A stretch of DNA of 63,259 nucleotides, the filler included, from Octopus bimaculoides (Eukaryota), in NCBI RefSeq assembly GCF_001194135.2. It is 4 parts of 3 records of this genome, joined end to end, with 100 filler letters (N's around TTAATTAATTAA, not from the genome) between each part and the next. Parts side by side here need not be neighbours in the genome. Positions count along the whole stretch, not along the records: positions 1 to 21,231 come from NC_068981.1; positions 21,332 to 52,175 come from NC_068987.1; 2 more parts are not named here. The stretch is one strand, 5' to 3'. Under the pieces are notes generated by a model. That model searched no databases. It had not been told where the DNA came from and saw only the letters and a program-made list of their open reading frames with translations. A program made the translations under genes and the position numbers. How positions within the stretch are numbered: position 1 is the first letter of the stretch; every line of letters starts with the position of its first letter. This document shows, piece after piece, positions 14,013-25,293 of this stretch.

Positions 14013-15624
14013 AGTTGAGTAGATGTCTCCGAGCGGTGAGTTGTGAAAATTGATTTTTGAAACTGTTATTGAAATTGTTGATATTGTCGTTGGATTTGTT
14101 GATTGAACTATTGTTGAATTTGTTTCTTCTACCCATTGTTAGGCATGGAAGCTGGCAGTTATACTGCGGTAGCAGGCAAAAGCCCGACACCCAACATGTT
14201 GCAGCTAAAGGAAGTTGAGACGGAAGGAAGAGATTTTAAGGACTACAATGGAGTAATTGTAAAGGAGGGAGGTTGCTTCTTCTTAAAACCACCACCCGAC
14301 GTGTTACAAAGAGCGGAGAAAAAAAGAATAGTTTACCGAAAATTTAACACAGAAACGAAAAAGATTGAAGTAGCGGAAATCGAAGAAATTGAGGAATGTT
14401 TTCAAGCGATTAAAGCAGTAACAACATTTTGCTCAAGAGGGAGGAAGTACGGCACGGTGGAGGTTCGCTTCGTTAACGAGGAGGGGGCAAAAAGGCACGC
14501 CACGAGGCCTTTGAAATCAACAAAGTGGGCATTCTTACCGACCTACTGCGGGAGACGTGCCGTAAGGGTTAGGATAGGGAGAGTGCCCCCGGAGATTGAT
14601 GAAGCATGGCTGGTTGCAGCCATCATCTACAACTTCGAGGAGGAGGTGGATATAATAAAGGTGGAGAAGTCGAAGGAGATCAACTGGAGGAGTTATGGTC
14701 TCGAAGTTTTGGTACACATAACTCTGCCATATTTACATAAGATGGCGGAGGAGTTGGTGCTCCCCGATGAGACCCCGATGAGTCATGATAGAGGGGAGAC
14801 TGCTAATATGCTACAGCTGCAGAGATAGGGGACACATGCAAGCAAGGTGCCCCTAGAAACAAGGGCAGATGGACGTAGTAGAAGCAGTGGTGGTAGAAGT
14901 GGAGAAGGAAAAGGAGGAGGAAGCTGCGACAGGAAAAGAACGAGAGTGGAGTCTCCGCCAAAGAGTCCCAAGAAAAGAAAACGGAGACGAAGAAACAAGT
15001 TACAATGGAATAAGAAAGTATAGAGATTCGAAAGCAGGAACCAGAGACAACAAGAAGCTGGAGGAAAAAAAATCGAAGTGCAAAGAGCGAGAAAGAAGAA
15101 GTTTGATGAGTGGAAAGAGAAAGTAAGGAGGAGAGAGAAATATGTAGCACAAATAGGACATATTGCTGGACGAAATATAAGAACAGCGTTAAGATACAAT
15201 AAGGATATAGAGATAGGAAAGAGATGAGCAAAACTGAAAAATCTAATAAGAGTCAGACTGAATTATGAGATGGTCGAACCCGATGAAAGAGCAGTTTTAT
15301 TGGAGGAAGAGAGAAAGTAAAGACTGATGGAACCAGAATTAGACCTACCGGAATATATATAAAATATGACAGTTTACCCAATGTGGTGGAATTAGAGAAC
15401 CTCATGGTATACATAACAGACAAAAAACTGATAATTAATATGTATAATTAGAACAGTAAAATGGAACTGCGAGCTTTGAGGGGCTCGTAAGCCATTACAT
15501 CCTTTCATTGTTAAATATTTCATTTCGTATTTCATCATTCGTTTTATGTACCCCACGTTTTCTGTTGTCAGTCCTTGTAATGTACCCTCTTTTTTTAAAG
15601 GCTATATGCCGCAATAATGAAATC
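14013..15624 (+). mobile_element. ORF1-only unit 3 (most complete copy)
   Basis: Starts AGTTG; ATG at 14145 (MEAGSYTAVAGK...) stays open about 210 codons through RRM-like regions. A 2-nt deletion precedes an intact CX2CX4HX4C knuckle (CYSCRDRGHMQARC, 14809-14850), followed by linker, C-terminal domain, 3' block and AATAAT at 15613-15618. A short 5'-end stub (AGTTGAGTAGACATCATCCGAACG, about 15625-15650) follows. Confidence 0.85.
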
Positions 15625-15803
15625 AGTTGAGTAGACATCATCCGAACGTGCGATATAACAGTATGTAAGGCTTCAATTCTTATGTCATTTCATAAATTTC
15701 CAACGATGTTAACGACTACTGCTTGTCATGTAGATACACACAAACAAGCATACACACACATCTATCTATCTGTATGTACATATATATACATATATAATGT
15801 GTG

Positions 15804-15894
<91 letters not shown>

Positions 15895-17569
15895 TATACA
15901 TAAATACATATATTTATATATCTACATACGTATATATATATACTACAGGCAAGAAAAACAAATTCTATTCCAGAACAAATTCATAAAGAGTTCACTGTCT
16001 TTTTGTACAATACCGGATTAATTTATCGTATACAAATGATTCTGTGAAGGCATGAAATTAACGACTCTCAATTTGTATCTTAGCGGAGGGGCTAAAAGTG
16101 TGAATGACAATTTCAGGACTTACTAACGATGTAGACTTAGGCTGCAAACTACATCATAGTTAATTAAGTTATATGATTCTCGAAAACCAACTATGTGAAT
16201 ACAGTAGGTAGCGTAGTGTTCTTATCCATAGTATTCAATTCTCGAGCAATTTTAGATATTCATCTGAAATAACTCATCGACCAAATAGCGTTTGTGTAAC
16301 AAAAAGAAATAACATCTTTGGTAGTTGCCGTAAAGTAATAGTAATAGTTACTTGTTATAATAGCAGAAGTCATGCAGTTTTTAATTTTCGAGGAATACAG
16401 AATATATGCTACATTCATTGGCACACTGATAGAAACGATATGGAAGAAGAATTCTCAAATTAAAGTATTTACGTTTTCTTACTTGTCTAACGTAGGTGCA
16501 TTCTTGCCACGCTGTGTCATGTAGAGAGAGAGAGAGAGAGAGGNNNNNNNNNNNNNNNNNNNNNNNNNNNNNNNNNNNNNNNNNNNNNNNNNNNNNNNNN
16601 NNNNNNNNNNNNNNNNNNNNNNNNNNNNNNNNNNNNNNNNNNNNNNNNNNNNNNNNNNNNNNNNNNNNNNNNNNNNNNNNNNNNNNNNNNNNNNNNNNNN
16701 NNNNNNNNNNNNNNNNNNNNNNNNNNNNNNNNNNNNNNNNNNNNNNNNNNNNNNNNNNNNNNNNNNNNNNNNNNNNNNNNNNNNNNNNNNNNNNNNNNNN
16801 NNNNNNNNNNNNNNNNNNNNNNNNNNNNNNNNNNNNNNNNNNNNNNNNNNNNNNNNNNNNNNNNNNNNNNNNNNNNNNNNNNNNNNNNNNNNNNNNNNNN
16901 NNNNNNNNNNNNNNNNNNNNNNNNNNNNNNNNNNNNNNNNNNNNNNNNNNNNNNNNNNNNNNNNNNNNNNNNNNNNNNNNNNNNNNNNNNNNNNNNNNNN
17001 NNNNNNNNNNNNNNNNNNNNNNNNNNNNNNNNNNNNNNNNNNNNNNNNNNNNNNNNNNNNNNNNNNNNNNNNNNNNNNNNNNNNNNNNNNNNNNNNNNNN
17101 NNNNNNNNNNNNNNNNNNNNNNNNNNNNNNNNNNNNNNNNNNNNNNNNNNNNNNNNNNNNNNNNNNNNNNNNNNNNNNNNNNNNNNNNNNNNNNNNNNNN
17201 NNNNNNNNNNNNNNNNNNNNNNNNNNNNNNNNNNNNNNNNNNNNNNNNNNNNNNNNNNNNNNNNNNNNNNNNNNNNNNNNNNNNNNNNNNNNNNNNNNNN
17301 NNNNNNNNNNNNNNNNNNNNNNNNNNNNNNNNNNNNNNNNNNNNNNNNNNNNNNNNNNNNNNNNNNNNNNNNNNNNNNNNNNNNNNNNNNNNNNNNNNNN
17401 NNNNNNNNNNNNNNNNNNNNNNNNNNNNNNNNNNNNNNNNNNNNNNNNNNNNNNNNNNNNNNNNNNNNNNNNNNNNNNNNNNNNNNNNNNNNNNNNNNNN
17501 NNNNNNNNNNNNNNNNNNNNNNNNNNNNNNNNNNNTTAAGCATTAGAGTGGTAATATATGCTTAAGGAT

Positions 17570-18135
17570 TTTATAAGTTATGGTCGGTCATAGAGCGACC
17601 AGTATATTCGCACATAAAATAATATTTTAGCATATTCTACATTGTCTTATTTTCCTGCAAAAACAACACAAATCCCTCAAGAAACTCCTAACAAATACTC
17701 AGTACATACGATAACAACAGTTTAAAAATGCAGACGACCTAATTTGGGTATATGCCCATATCTAACTGAAGGGTAGGAATTCACATTCAAGCAAGGGGTA
17801 AAATTCTCAATTAAGACCAACTTCACATGTGCTTCCCAGAACCTTATCTATGTCTTAACCTGCTCAGTTTGTGGCTTCAATTATGTGGGCCTTTGAGACG
17901 CAGAGTCACGCTGCATAAAGATCAGATTAATTTTCTTCAATACAGGCAGATAACCCTGAGCGAACACATCGACAGATGCGCAAGAAATAAAACACCGAAT
18001 TTCCATATCTTTCCATTATACCAATGCAAAAATTCACTCTCCTTACAAGAATGCCTAAACAAGGAAAACCTGTTCATACAAAAGTACAGACCACACCATA
18101 ATAAACTAACTCGACTACTTCAAAAATTATACTGA
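17570..18135 (+). mobile_element. Penelope-like element 3' fragment: Cys-rich linker and GIY-YIG endonuclease (pseudogenised)
   Basis: KCRRPNLGICPYLTEG*EFTFKQGVKFSIKTNFTCASQNLIYVLTCSVCGFNYVG / RVTLHKDQI...LSEHIDRC...FHIFPLY...KENLFIQKYRP. LIY...YVG and the downstream R..H...I / H / E pattern match PLE GIY-YIG domains. Confidence 0.85.
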
Positions 18136-18454
18136 GTAGTTTCTCCCCTTGCCATTTATTGCCCCCCTTTGTCCACTCTCTAGACTGATTCTTATTTTTC
18201 AAGCATCCAAAATGGCGAGATATCTTTGTTACAAGAATTGATTACTTCACAATGTCCCTTGGAAAGCTAATTTAAATAGCGAAATATCACGACATCCATA
18301 AAATATGTTTATATATTTAAAAAATTTCTTTATAAAACGATTTTTAACTATGTGAAACGAAGGCATTTCTCTTCAACTTTTTATATATGCTTTCCACATA
18401 TTTCCAACTCAAAATCTACCACGTGGTGTATACTGAATCTCTAGTATTTTTGCT

Positions 18455-18502
<48 letters not shown>

Positions 18503-18512
18503 GTATATTTGA

Positions 18513-18973
18513 ATACGGAGCAAATAATTCTGCAGAACATATTTGTAAAGGTGCCATTAATTCTATCATTATTTAGTATAAAATAATTGAATTTATAATA
18601 ACAGAATTAATAATATAGGCGATTGCAGGCCCCCAAAAGCATTAAATAGCTGAACGATTAAAATTTCTATTAATCAAAGGACATACTGAGTATGTCTACC
18701 TACTGGAAATAACAGTCAAATCTCTTATTTAAACCACCGAAAAAAATAACACTGACAACGACTACAGAAATCAATAGCATCCAGCTATATATTTTCTAGT
18801 ATTTTGACTCACATGGACCAGTTTCTGGAATGGTATAATACCCTCACCTTCTTCAACTATTTTTGGGGCCTGCAATCGCCTATATTATTAATTCTGTCAT
18901 TATCAATTTAATTATTTTATCCTAGATGAAATGTATCTTCGCAAATATTATCTGCTGAATTATTTGCTCCGTG
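18513..18973. repeat. Inverted-repeat (MITE/foldback-like) element with arms of about 115-125 bp
   Basis: 18513-18638 (acggagcaaataattc...aataatataggcgattgcaggcccccaaaa) is the reverse complement of 18860-18973 (ttttggggcctgcaatcgcctatattattaattctg...gaattatttgctccgt). Confidence 0.8.
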
Positions 18974-20354
18974 TTGGAATTATTTTCTCACACTGAAAAT
19001 GCTATGCTTAAGCCCAAAAGAAATCAGTTGCAGCCTGACGGGTTGGGGGATATTCTTTCAACGTGGTAACACGCGCTGAAGAAGAGTGAGGCTATAATAC
19101 CAGTCCAGAAACCGGTCCTCGTGAGTCCAAATACTGGATGCTATATTGGTATATTGAAGAATTTTCTTAGCCCTTATGCTTGCAGACGGTTAATTTCTGT
19201 AGTTATTGTCAGTGTTATTTTTTCGGTGGTTTAAATAAGAATTGTGACTGTTATTTCCAGCAGGTAGTCATACTCAGTATGTTCTTTGATTAATATATAT
19301 ATATATGTGAGGGAGAGAGAGAGGGAGAGGGAGAGAGAGAGGAAGTGAGAAAGACAAAGAGAAAGATCAAAACAATGTTATATATAGTGTGAATGAACAT
19401 AGACAAATATATATATATTAAATGAGAATAAAGAAATATAGGTATGATTCAAAATTCCTTTTAGCATCTTCTGTAACATTTGATTACGAAAGGAACTTCT
19501 GCATCACACTGTGTGTATGTTTCTGTGAGTGCACGCATATGCGCGTGTGAAAAATAATGAGAAAGGATTGAAACTGTTGTTTTTGTAGTACATATTTGAA
19601 TAAAAGAAGTTTCTTTTTTTAACATAGAAAGTATACATTTCTATCATATATTTACATAAATGAAAGCAAAAATACAAAAATATACTTCCACAAAATAAAT
19701 GTTTTCGTATAATAGCTTTACTGAAAATATATTAGTGAATGTTTTCACAAGCTGAGTTTTTACAGACACAACGCGTGCACACATACTCACAAAACAGGAG
19801 AGAAAGTAAAAAATCGCATATTGCTTAAACATTCTCGGTATAGATAAATTATTTTCGTATGAAAAAAGTTTTAGTGAAAAAAAACTGCTGTGCATGTTGT
19901 AGTCAAAAGAGGTTTCATCGTAGGACAAACGTCATATCTTACTGACGGGTTCGGTTTTAGCAGTTGATTCGCACACCATATTTCGAGGTATATTATCATA
20001 GTATGTTAAGACCTTGTGCTCAGTTGATATGTGATTATTTAAACATATAGTTATGACGGTTATGATATTTTAAAAGCAAGGAATGTAGTCTTTAGTATGT
20101 TGGTCTTCTATCACTTATGTTTCTTAAGTGACGACATATGTCGGTTAATGTACACAGAGAATAATCTTTCTCCATATGCAGAACAAAGATGTTAAGAGAG
20201 GGCAGAGTGTTCCTTTAAAATATCGATATGCATAGATAAATTCTTTTTTATTCTTATAAAATAGGGTTTTGTGTTAAAAAAAATAGTTTTTGGGTTGTTG
20301 TTATTGTAACGGCTATCTATCGTTGCTGGTGTTGTTGTTTCTGTTCTGAATGTG

Positions 20355-20460
20355 CCTGGCTTAGTGGTGAGGGTATTCGGCTCACGATGTTACGGTCGTA
20401 TGTTTGGAAAGCGGCAGCGCATTGTATCCGCGAGCAAGGCAATTTATTTCACATTGCGAA
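20355..20460 (+). mobile_element. Degenerate tRNA-derived SINE head
   Basis: tggcttagtggtgagggtattcggctcacgat (A-box-like TGGCTTAGTGG) followed by a degenerate gtatccgcgagcaaggcaatttatttcac core. Confidence 0.45.
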
Positions 20461-21188
20461 TCTTTTATATTTGGCTGCCAACCTCAATTTCTGTTCGAAT
20501 TGATTTCATATTCAGTGTAATGATACACTTTTACAGGATAATCGATGTCATAAAAATCATTTTCGTTATAAATCAATAAATAAAGAGTTATTAGCTATTA
20601 AAGTTTGAACATTTTGGGTAATTTTAGCCAATCGTAAGCCACAGACACATTCATATCTGTTTCCATACTAACTAGCCGAACATGAGAATTATTTTGTTTG
20701 TGAGAAAACACGTGTTGACAAATACACTGAAATCACTTGTTGACGCTGTGTTCTACTGAAATGCATATCAAATGCTTAAATGTATTTTCTTTTTTAATAT
20801 TTAATTTGCAATGTACTGTTTATCGCATTAAATGCATTTTGAATGCTTAAAACTACAAAAGACGTGTTGTTTACTCATTTTCCGTGTGTATAATACAAAT
20901 ATTGACAACAAGTGCTTTTTCAGGTTGTTGACAAAACGTGCTGTCACTTCCAAATTCTGTTTCCTGACCTGGTGAAAATGATCAAACTTTAAAACCTTAA
21001 ACTTGTATAACTGACGGGGTGCCAGCTGTTTTTGTTATCAGTCCAAATGTAGTATTAAGATGTAGTAAATCTGTCTCAAGATTCGATCCATTTCCACATA
21101 TTCAGAGATATGTGCTTGTGTATAAATACATACATACATACTTACATACATACATAATTACATGTATGCATGTATGCTTGCATATATG

Positions 21189-21231
<43 letters not shown>

Positions 21232-21275
21232 NNNNNNNNNNNNNNNNNNNNNNNNNNNNNNNNNNNNNNNNNNNN

Positions 21276-21288
21276 TTAATTAATTAAN
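21276..21288. other. Assembly spacer TTAATTAATTAA between N runs (also about 52220-52231 and 61268-61279)
   Basis: The identical palindromic 12-mer has TAA in all six frames and is always bounded by N runs of about 40-45 nt on both sides; a scaffolding artefact. Confidence 0.9.
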
Positions 21289-21639
21289 NNNNNNNNNNNN
21301 NNNNNNNNNNNNNNNNNNNNNNNNNNNNNNNTATCTATCTATCTATATATATATATACATATACTTGCATACATACGTACAATACCATGCAAAGTTTTCA
21401 GCCAAAGTCTTCAACTATTATAAATTCCTACTAAGTGCCATTTTATAAGTGCATGTTTCGCATTGCATTTTTTACAGATGAAACATTGGCTCTATTGGAA
21501 CAATTTACATAGCTAATCGTTATATTATGTAGTTGGGCTTCTGAATGTGAGGGGAAGATGCGAGACGACCACCTAACATGGTCTTGCAAAATTTTCGTGC
21601 AAAACTTTCTGCTACCAACTATGATACAGTCTTTTAAAT

Positions 21640-22285
21640 CAGAAAAATGTCTATAACGAACATTTATTACATAACATTCATTTCAAGAACTTACTATACG
21701 TTTTTAATATATTATTTGGCTTCCCTTAGCTAGAATAATAGTTTCAATGTCCCTGAGAAGAGATGCGTGCAAATTTTTCACCACCTTCACAGATATGAGA
21801 TTCCTTTCTCTGCGGTTGAGTTCCCACATCTCTCTAAGGTGGCCTGGATTCTTCTGATGAACTCTTCTCTTTAGTTCTGTCCACATTTGCTCGCTGATAT
21901 TTAATTCAGGGATTTGAGCTAGTGAATATTTCAGTAAGCTAACATTTCATCAGCCAGACTCTGTTGTTTTGCATGCGATTTGTGGCATGGAATTCCGTTA
22001 TGCTGAAAAATTTCACCTTCCTCCAAGTCTAGCATCAAATTGTCCTTCATCAACTGGATGTATTTGGTATGACTAAAGATTAACCAACTTTCTTGAACCA
22101 TCAATTTTAACCAACTTACTTGAACCATCACTTTTTATGTATCCCCAATGCATCAGACTTTTACCTCACTGCTTCAGTGCTTTCATCGTGTAATGCGGGT
22201 CACTTCGCTTTCCTAAAGGTCTTCTGACAAATTCTCGCTACTGCTTTTAGTAAGAAAAAAATAAACCTATATCATTTTTGAGCGC
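21640..22285 (-). mobile_element. Tc1-family transposase remnant
   Basis: Minus frames give IFQHNGIPCHKS (FQQDNAPCH-like) and MWTELKRRVHQKNPGHLREMWE...VKNLHASLLRDIETIILAKGSQIIY*, the typical Tc1 C-terminus. A TIR-like end lies near 22270-22291 (tacaaggtgcgctcaaaaatgat on minus). Confidence 0.8.
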
Positions 22286-22299
22286 ACCTTGTATATATG

Positions 22300-23105
22300 T
22301 CACTGACAGGTTTCACTTTTTAATAACCTCCAAATAAATGCATGAAATTTGATACAATATAAAGGGCATAACGGAAATTAATATGTACAAGTCAAATTTT
22401 GCATCACATATGAAAAATGACATCACTGAAATGGCAGCCATTTTCGGCTTCGCACACCCGTGCACTTTCCAACATTTGCACCATAACACCCTCAAGAGTT
22501 TCAGACCCCATTTCTCTAATTTCTCTATTGATATTCTTCAGTTGCACCAGGGTCTCCGTTGTGTTGATATAAACCCTTTCTTTCAGGTATTCCCACAAGA
22601 AAAAATCCTGGGGAATGTGAAGGCTAGTTGACATTGCCGTAGTGGGAGATTATTCTCTCTCCAAAGCACAGTCGTATCAACTGCATTGTTTCTCCTCCTG
22701 TATGAGCAGTTGCCCTATCTTGCTGGAGCTATGTGTGAGTCTACTATGAATGGTCGGGCGCAAAAATGGTGTCAATCTTGGACACCTGGAAGAAAGAGTT
22801 TACGTCAACAAAACGGAGACACTTGCGCAACTGAAGAACATCAATAGAGAAATTGGGGAAGGGAGGTCTGAAACTCTTGAGAGTGTTACAGTGCAAGTTT
22901 TGGAAAGAACACGGGCATGCGAAGCTGAAAATGGCTGCTATTTAAGCGATGTCATTTTTCATATGTAATGTAGTGGTGTTTCAAAACTTGACTTGTGCAT
23001 ATTAATTTCCATTATGTCTTGTTTATTGTATCAAAATTTTATTCCTCTATTTGTAAAGTTAAGGAAGTTATTAAAAATTAAAACCCATCAGTTTCTTTTG
23101 GGACA

Positions 23106-23110
<5 letters not shown>
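22300..23110. mobile_element. Foldback Tc1/mariner derivative made of two inverted transposase 3' ends
   Basis: Minus ORF 22404-22634 (DFFLWEYLKERVYINTTETLVQLKNINREI...ARVCEAENGCHFSDVIFHM*) and plus ORF 22750-22968 (HLEERVYVNKTETLAQLKNINREI...RACEAENGCYLSDVIFHM*) are mirror copies with matching 3' UTRs. The right copy ends cagtttcttttgggacacacTA. Confidence 0.85.
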
Positions 23111-23137
<27 letters not shown>

Positions 23138-25059
23138 NNNNNNNNNNNNNNNNNNNNNNNNNNNNNNNNNNNNNNNNNNNNNNNNNNNNNNNNNNNNNNN
23201 NNNNNNNNNNNNNNNNNNNNNNNNNNNNNNNNNNNNNNNNNNNNNNNNNNNNNNNNNNNNNNNNNNNNNNNNNNNNNNNNNNNNNNNNNNNNNNNNNNNN
23301 NNNNNNNNNNNNNNTATATATATATATTTATATATATATATATATATACATACATACATACATATATACATACGTATACACACACGCACGCACGCGCACA
23401 TACACGCATATATATATATGTAGGCATGTATATGATCAGAATATATTTTGCTATAAACATGATTGATTAAACTGTTTCGTTACAGAGACACGTCCTTCTG
23501 TGTAGTGCCCAGACATTCTAGAACTCTCAGAGGGAAAACATATATTACTTCAATTCTACATTCTATCCTTTTGTAAATTAAATGAAGCTTTAGATAATGT
23601 AGTGTTAAATGCATTTGAGAAAAGAAACAGTTGTTGACGGCTGTAACGCCTTTGAACTTAGGACTACTTGACCAAGTCTAAGCTAAGGCCAATCATCAAT
23701 AATAACTATCACATCTATAGAACAGAAACAATTCGAAATCATCTGGGGTCTAAAACAAATCAATTTGCTCTGAAATCTTGTATCTTATGACTTATTTGAA
23801 ACTAAAATATGTAGATATGTAAACACTGTATGTAAAAGAAATCAATTCCCTATATCTACATGAATCACTATTTTCTGCAGAATCGTGTGGAAACCAATAA
23901 ATCAATAAGAACTTTTCTGGGACTTCTTACTTTTGTTTTTTGTTTATCTAATCGATATTTTCCATTGATATAAAGTGTTTTATAGTCTATTTGGAAAATG
24001 TTCGGTGAGTTGCATTTATTAGTAGATAAATGACAAATGTCACCAGATTTGTAAGTGAAAAGAAATGGGTCATCCATGCCATAAATATTAATAGAATAAA
24101 GTGAAGTGAATGAAAGGTCTTCAGTCAGGTGAAGGAATTCAGTTGCATCAGTTGTATATTCTGTTCGTTTGTAACTTAGCACCTACTCTTAGGCACTCAC
24201 CACAGATCACGAACAGAATGTCTATATAAGCAGACGACACACGATATACACTTACAAATGCAACTGAAGTTACAGGCGCACACATATAAGTATACATATT
24301 CCTAAACATATACGTATTCCGAGTGACTAATGCATGCACGTAAGCATCCTAGCAATGAAAGCTTTTAGGAATTTCTTTATAAAATAAAAGGCCTACCTAG
24401 AAATTGTGTTTCTCCATGCACACGTTATCACGCATAGTAGCTTCTATTATTACTGCATCTTTCTATACACTACAAACTAATAGTAGCTACAGACTTCACG
24501 AAAAATAAAAACTAGTGATATATCAATTCAACTATTGTATGTTTATTCTATTTAGAATGACACATGAAACTAAGTTTGGGAAATCAATGTCAAATTATTC
24601 TTTCAAAAGAAGTTGGACTTAAGATAGGTAACAAGAAAATATTACTTTTGAATTAAAGCATTGATATTTTGCTATTGATTCTTTCATACTTGAATTGATT
24701 TTATATACATTGAAGAATACGTTTCCTTAAGCAAATACAAATAATTTCTCTGAGCATCAACTTACAATTACTTCATGTTCTGTGAGAAGCCCGCAGGTCT
24801 AGCTAAAATTTTACAGTAATAATTCATGTATTCGCTGTATAACCATTATCATACAAATATTATTAGTAATATACTTAGAAGGTTTCGTATTTACAAATAA
24901 AGAACTGTGAATTCTGCATATAACTATCGTTAAGTGTTTTTCTAATAAACCTACTTGGTTATTTTCGATACTACCAGCTTATGATAATTTACTACCAACG
25001 TCTATGATCGCTGGTAATGCATTTTTTATTTACTGGTTAGTACACGGTGAGCCTGAAAC

Positions 25060-25293
25060 TATTGGGTTGTCCGGAAAGTTCGTGCTGATTTTTAAAGGAA
25101 AGAAAAAGGTCAATAAATACTTGCCATTACATTTTTAATCAACCAAATGTGAACCATTTTGTTGCACAATGCGTCTCCATCTTTCCTTCAACTTGAAAAT
25201 ACCCTCTTCCCAGAATTGAGGTGGTTTCATGGCAAATAAGTCGAAAGGTAAGCTACTATAAATCGGCACGAATTTTCCGGATAACCGAATATA
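25060..25293 (-). mobile_element. Internally deleted mariner (MITE) with about 30-bp TIRs
   Basis: TIRs are tattgggttgtccggaaagttcgtgctgattt and aaatcggcacgaattttccggataaccgaata. The internal minus frame KPPQFWEEGIFKLKERWRRIVQQNGSHLVD* is a mariner C-terminus. Confidence 0.85.

Noticed and set aside
21276-21288. Recurrent TTAATTAATTAA palindrome as a biological motif
   Set aside because: Always embedded in N runs; a six-frame stop spacer from assembly.
23868-24182. 104-aa minus ORF (EYTTDATEFLHLTEDLSF...MDDPFLF) as a possible receptor exon
   Set aside because: No Cys-loop motif and weak splice signals.
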